A stretch of 64,000 nucleotides of DNA. Origin: Aquiflexum sp. Its GTDB lineage: Bacteria; Bacteroidota; Bacteroidia; Cytophagales; Cyclobacteriaceae. The notes under the pieces are model-generated. The model worked only from the letters and a program-made list of their open reading frames with translations. It did not search any database and was not told where the DNA came from. Each line of letters opens with the position of its first letter. Within the stretch, counting starts at the first letter, position 1. The stretch covers positions 22-64,021 of the forward strand of contig NZ_JBGTCA010000019.1 in NCBI RefSeq assembly GCF_041749095.1. The letters run 5' to 3'. A program made the translations under genes and the position numbers. Of the stretch, positions 60,172-64,000 are shown piece by piece.

Positions 60172-60804
60172 TCACCTTTTCCCTTCCCAAGGAACATAGA
60201 CCACTTTTTTGGTCTCGAAAAATTCTTCTTTGAAATAATCTTCTAAATGATAGGAGACATAACTCAAGTCCCTTTCTTCCATTTCCTCGTCCACATCCCC
60301 ACCTTTTAACAGTAACATACCGTTCTGGAATTCATTGAAATCTTCTCTTTTGAATTTTCCTTTAACCCATGGAAGGAAATTTGCAAATCTGGTAACTGCT
60401 CTGCTTACAATAAAATCATACCTTCTTACCAAATCTTCCGCCCTGATTTGTTGGGCTTCTACATTGGTGAGTTTAAGTTGACGGGCCACATCCTTGACCA
60501 CAGTTATCTTTTTACCGATGGAATCCACCAAATGAAAATGGGTATCAGGAAATAAAATGGCCAATGGAATCCCTGGAAAACCCCCTCCTGTTCCAATATC
60601 CAATATTTTTGTCCCGGGCTTAAATTCAATCACTTTGGCAATTCCCAAAGAATGGAGGACATGTCTTTCATAAAAATGCTCCACATCCTTCCTGCTGATC
60701 ACATTGATCTTCTCATTCCATTCTTCATAAATTGGTTTGAGTTTAGAAAATTTATCTTGTTGTTCAGGAGTAAGGTCAGGAAAGTACTTGAGGATAATGT
60801 CCAT
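60172..60804 (-). CDS. rsmG: 16S rRNA (guanine527-N7)-methyltransferase
   Basis: SAM motif ILDIGTGGGFPGIPLAI. I chose the ATG at 60804 (MDIILKYFPDLT...). The track start at 60825 is GTG and abuts the upstream stop. Confidence 0.85.
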   Translation of the reverse strand: MDIILKYFPDLTPEQQDKFSKLKPIYEEWNEKINVISRKDVEHFYERHVLHSLGIAKVIEFKPGTKILDIGTGGGFPGIPLAILFPDTHFHLVDSIGKKITVVKDVARQLKLTNVEAQQIRAEDLVRRYDFIVSRAVTRFANFLPWVKGKFKREDFNEFQNGMLLLKGGDVDEEMEERDLSYVSYHLEDYFKEEFFETKKVVYVPWEGKR

Positions 60805-60825
60805 TAATATTAATTTTTCTTCCAC

Positions 60826-62175
60826 TTATTCAACTCTGGCAAGATTTTCATTTTTGGTAGAAACTTTACCAAGTAGATGATGTCCCACTTTCTGACCTTT
60901 AGTGGCGCCATTCACTACTGCGGGCATATAGTGAATTCCTCCATATAATCTACTGATGGCAGCCTCATCCGCTGCCTGCCTGAATGAATCAAATTTCCTT
61001 ACAGGAAGACCATAAGCGACTTCCGTTGAATCGACAAAATGAAAAGGCTCTCCAAAAAGTTTGGTCAAAGTCTCAGCGGCTGCATTGGAAATCACCGAAT
61101 GCCCGCTTGTGTATTCAGGGAATGGCGGCGTTTGCAAAAGCGGTAACCAATCCTCATCAATGTATTTGTTAATGTAAGTTTCGGGTCGGATCAAAACACT
61201 CCGGTATTTTTCATCCCAACAGGCAATAAAACCATCAAACAACGCTATTCCTGTCATTGCCAGCACTTCAGCAGTTCCCTTCCAATCCTTGCCCGCTGTT
61301 TTGGAAGAAATAGCTGCAATCCCCATCCAGTGACCTCCGGGAGTGATTTTCTTTTCGGCAAACATCACATGGCCCTTGACATTTACTTTGTAGGGATTGC
61401 AATCCCAGAACATGGCTATGTCTTTTTGCTCAGGTGTGAGATTTTTAGTAGTCAAAAAAACTTCCTCGGCTTCTTTAAAAAACTGACTGCTTTTATCATT
61501 GGAAAATTCAGTCGGCGGAACGGATTTGTATTGCCCTGCGGAGTCCAGTACAAATGACCTGATCTTATTCCAATGAGGCTCTATTCCTTCCATATAAGCG
61601 GGTGGTGTAGGCTGCCAGGTATTTGGGGCATTGCTCACTGTGTATTTTTCAAATGAACGGCTTTGATGGTAATTGTCTTTTTTAGAGTAGGCAATCACAT
61701 ATTCGGCTACTTCCTCACCCAATTGAACTGATCGGTTGTAAACTTTTTTGGGAATTCCTTTTGATCTGATTTCCTTGAGCGCTGCTTCTTTATGGGTATT
61801 CATCATTTCTTCCGAGAAAATCAAAGCAGTAGCTACTTTATAATATGCAATCAAGGAAGCCAAAGGATAATATATTTCTCCTTCAGTGTCAAATTCAGTA
61901 GGCTCAAAACCATTCAATTGCCCCATCAGACTCTTGTATCCGGGATCAGCCAAAACTGCTACTTCATAGGCAGCTATAGATGGATAGGCATAAATCCTAC
62001 TGGCTACCGGAGGGGAAAAAATATCGTGAATGATGACATTGGTCAATCGAATCTGGGCCGCAGTTTGGTAGGAACCATCTGTGATGATTTCCTGATAATC
62101 ACTGTTGTCCTGACAGGCTATGATGCCGGCAAAGACAAATAAGGTAAGAAGGGATTTTGGGAAGAGATTTTTCAT
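60826..62175 (-). CDS. PAP2-superfamily / vanadium-haloperoxidase-like lipoprotein
   Basis: The C-terminal PEYTSGHS ... SRLYGGIHY matches the PAP2/haloperoxidase motif. Lipobox (GIIAC). I chose the ATG at 62175 (MKNLFPK...); the track start at 62184 is TTG. Confidence 0.6.
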   Translation of the reverse strand: MKNLFPKSLLTLFVFAGIIACQDNSDYQEIITDGSYQTAAQIRLTNVIIHDIFSPPVASRIYAYPSIAAYEVAVLADPGYKSLMGQLNGFEPTEFDTEGEIYYPLASLIAYYKVATALIFSEEMMNTHKEAALKEIRSKGIPKKVYNRSVQLGEEVAEYVIAYSKKDNYHQSRSFEKYTVSNAPNTWQPTPPAYMEGIEPHWNKIRSFVLDSAGQYKSVPPTEFSNDKSSQFFKEAEEVFLTTKNLTPEQKDIAMFWDCNPYKVNVKGHVMFAEKKITPGGHWMGIAAISSKTAGKDWKGTAEVLAMTGIALFDGFIACWDEKYRSVLIRPETYINKYIDEDWLPLLQTPPFPEYTSGHSVISNAAAETLTKLFGEPFHFVDSTEVAYGLPVRKFDSFRQAADEAAISRLYGGIHYMPAVVNGATKGQKVGHHLLGKVSTKNENLARVE

Positions 62176-62203
62176 TATAGGCAAATTCTAATGCTATGGG
62201 AAC

Positions 62204-62211
62204 TCAAATTT
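62204..62211 (-). promoter_or_regulatory. candidate -7 box (TAAATTTG on minus strand)
   Basis: The plus strand reads CAAATTTA, 29 nt upstream of the ATG at 62175. Confidence 0.3.
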
Positions 62212-62334
62212 AACAATTCCTTTTGTGTAAGTCAAAGAAGGAATGATTTGAGTGGGTTTGGAACATCAAAGCTAATTATTAATACGTGATTCCAAAGTTT
62301 TTGTCCCACCAAATAAGCTGATTTTTAGCATGTT

Positions 62335-64000
62335 TCACTGATTGATTTTTAGAAAAACAGGTTTTTCGTTGTTTCGCACAGCGACCAAATGTGGTGTCTC
62401 ACCAATATGGATCAACTCTACTTTTCTATATTCACCCCAATAGTCATTTGAGGTAATCCCAATCGGTACATTCACCCAAGTTCCATCCGCCCATTTCAAT
62501 AAAGTCAGGGGTTGCGATCCATTTTTCCCCAAGTCATTTCTGAATCCATAAAAATTTCCTACGCCCAAAAGATACTGACTGCCATCTTTTCCTTTGAAGG
62601 ATTTGAAATCTTTGATGGGTGCAAATTGGGCTTCGATAGGAAAAGGATCAAATTCAAAAGTACCACTTCCGGAACTCCCCAAAACACCCGATCTCAATTC
62701 TGTCACCTGATATTTATTGGCCTGTTTCAATTGATTGTCATCAATCAGGTCTTTTGGTGACTTGATTTTGGAATATGTAACATAGGAATCGTGCTTCCTT
62801 TTCAGTGCCGGAATCTGTTTGATCAAATCATCCCTACTTGCGAACGGCACCAATTTTCCGTCCATATAATGAAAAATCAATGGATCTGTCTGCCCATTTC
62901 CATCAAAGTCATGATGGTATAACCATACTGGTTGCTCCTGACTTGCTTTCAGTTTGGAATTCAATCCCAAGTTGCCAAAGACAATGTCCTGAAGGCCATT
63001 GCTCTCAACATCAATTACTGACATTCCAAAATACCAACCCGGTCGGTCCAAACCGGAAATATTCAATCTTTCAAATTGTTGCTGATCATTTAAAGAATAA
63101 ACAATCAAAGGCATCCACTCTCCTGACAGCAACAGTTCTTTTTGACCATCGCCCGTAATATCTGCCCAAATGGCATTTTGGATCATACCAGGTCTGAATT
63201 CTTCCCCAAAGTAACTTTGGGTGGCATCTTGGAATTTTCCTGTTCCATCATTGAGCAGTAAATAACTTCTCGGAAAGGCTCCATAATTTCCGGTGACAAC
63301 CGATGCGCCCACAAAAATATCCGGATGCCCATCTCCGTTGACATCATGGACTGCAACCGCGGAAGTATTCTCCCCAAAGGGAGGTAGTGAATTCATTGAA
63401 AAAACCAGGTTTCCATTTCCATCATTCAAAAACACCCGATCGAAATTGTAAATCTCACCTCTCCCATATTCATTTCCGCCACTGCCAACATATAGATCCA
63501 AGTGACCATCCTGGTTGAAGTCTTCCATCACCGCAACCACGTCTTCCGCAGTTTTCAATTGCTCAAAGAAAGGATTTGTAACTTTCTTGAAACCCCCATT
63601 CGCATCCTGAAAAAACAAAGCACTTGGCTGTCCATTTGCTCCACCCAAAAAAATATCGTCCAAACCATCTCCATTCAGGTCCCCGACTGCCAAAGCAGGA
63701 CCTTCAGTGCCATACCTTCTGGGGATCAGGTATTCCCTTCTAAACTCATCTATGATGGATCTTTCTTCATGCTTCCAATCCAAGGAAATTTCTGCAATTT
63801 CCAATACAGACTCTGTGGTGTGAACGGGGAAAGAACTTTCCTTTCCTTTGCCTTTAACCAGCAAATGTCTTTGGTCAAGATCAAGATTTTGAAATACCTC
63901 TATATCTGTTGAATTCCAGGATATCAGGACAGAGTCAATTTTTTCTGAATTTCCCAATCCAAAAGTCAAAGTGGTAGAAGTACCGGACTGAAATCCTCTA
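62335..64000 (-). CDS. FG-GAP (VCBS) repeat / ASPIC-UnbV protein, CRTAC1-like; N-terminus beyond window
   Basis: Repeated DLNGDG.DI / DVNGDGHPDIF / DFDGNGQTD calcium-binding FG-GAP loops. The frame stays open to position 64000 (..RGFQSGTSTTLTFGLGNSEKIDSVLISW is an UnbV_ASPIC-type end). The track 'start' at 63969 is an internal TTG. Confidence 0.7.
   Translation of the reverse strand, partial: RGFQSGTSTTLTFGLGNSEKIDSVLISWNSTDIEVFQNLDLDQRHLLVKGKGKESSFPVHTTESVLEIAEISLDWKHEERSIIDEFRREYLIPRRYGTEGPALAVGDLNGDGLDDIFLGGANGQPSALFFQDANGGFKKVTNPFFEQLKTAEDVVAVMEDFNQDGHLDLYVGSGGNEYGRGEIYNFDRVFLNDGNGNLVFSMNSLPPFGENTSAVAVHDVNGDGHPDIFVGASVVTGNYGAFPRSYLLLNDGTGKFQDATQSYFGEEFRPGMIQNAIWADITGDGQKELLLSGEWMPLIVYSLNDQQQFERLNISGLDRPGWYFGMSVIDVESNGLQDIVFGNLGLNSKLKASQEQPVWLYHHDFDGNGQTDPLIFHYMDGKLVPFASRDDLIKQIPALKRKHDSYVTYSKIKSPKDLIDDNQLKQANKYQVTELRSGVLGSSGSGTFEFDPFPIEAQFAPIKDFKSFKGKDGSQYLLGVGNFYGFRNDLGKNGSQPLTLLKWADGTWVNVPIGITSNDYWGEYRKVELIHIGETPHLVAVRNNEKPVFLKINQ

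Noticed and set aside
1-64000. Scanned for IS elements, integrases, phage genes, restriction-modification or other defence cassettes, rRNA/tRNA genes, and large direct or inverted repeats flanking an island.
   Set aside because: None was found. Apart from vapBC at the left edge and the remnant/repeat zone at 57.7-60.2 kb, every ORF has a housekeeping or envelope-protein signature, and gene spacing is typical of core chromosome.

Overview
AT-rich 64-kb window that reads as ordinary chromosomal core genome of a Bacteroidota organism. This is inferred from the gene families present (CarboxypepD-type TonB-dependent receptor + DUF4249, DUF1080, OmpA with TSP3 repeats, nqr) and from recurring TAnnTTTG -7 promoter boxes. 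I cannot name a genus from the sequence alone. I support 61 protein-coding loci: 59 look intact and 2 are disrupted or remnants. I found no rRNA, tRNA, CRISPR array, IS element, integrase, prophage or recognisable defence island. Content in order: a vapBC toxin-antitoxin pair cut by the left edge; aroQ, a SerC-like aminotransferase, rnhA and a tRNA m6A methyltransferase; an IPT/Kelch lipoprotein - TonB receptor - DUF4249 operon; saccharopine dehydrogenase, cdd and an esterase; a toastrack-like protein with a NatAB-like ABC transporter whose ATPase is frameshifted at an A7 run; dnaJ-grpE-obg-adk-hpt-M42 peptidase; ompA-family, upp and a CaCA antiporter; sdaA alpha chain; an ECF sigma operon; lipA; an orphan histidine kinase; prfC, yihY, rluA-family, TlpA-like redoxin and a histidine phosphatase; glpD-glpK-glpF; acyl-CoA dehydrogenase, adenine deaminase, cmk and ispH; nqrABCDE, which ends at a strong terminator with no nqrF; DUF502 and DUF1080; selD-selU, trxA and a 1428-aa DnaE with an N-terminal DEDDh exonuclease; a gene-remnant zone; a BNR sialidase-like gene; a roughly 0.9-kb non-coding block of nested-hairpin repeats plus a pyrimidine-rich low-complexity tract; rsmG, a haloperoxidase-like PAP2 lipoprotein and a partial FG-GAP/ASPIC protein. 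I did not find a convincing novel multi-gene system. The items most worth a second look are the hairpin-repeat cluster (59.2-60.2 kb), the slippery-site frameshift in the ABC ATPase, the exonuclease-DnaE fusion, nqrABCDE without nqrF, and the ECF sigma operon. All functional calls rest on my reading of the translated ORFs; no database search was run.
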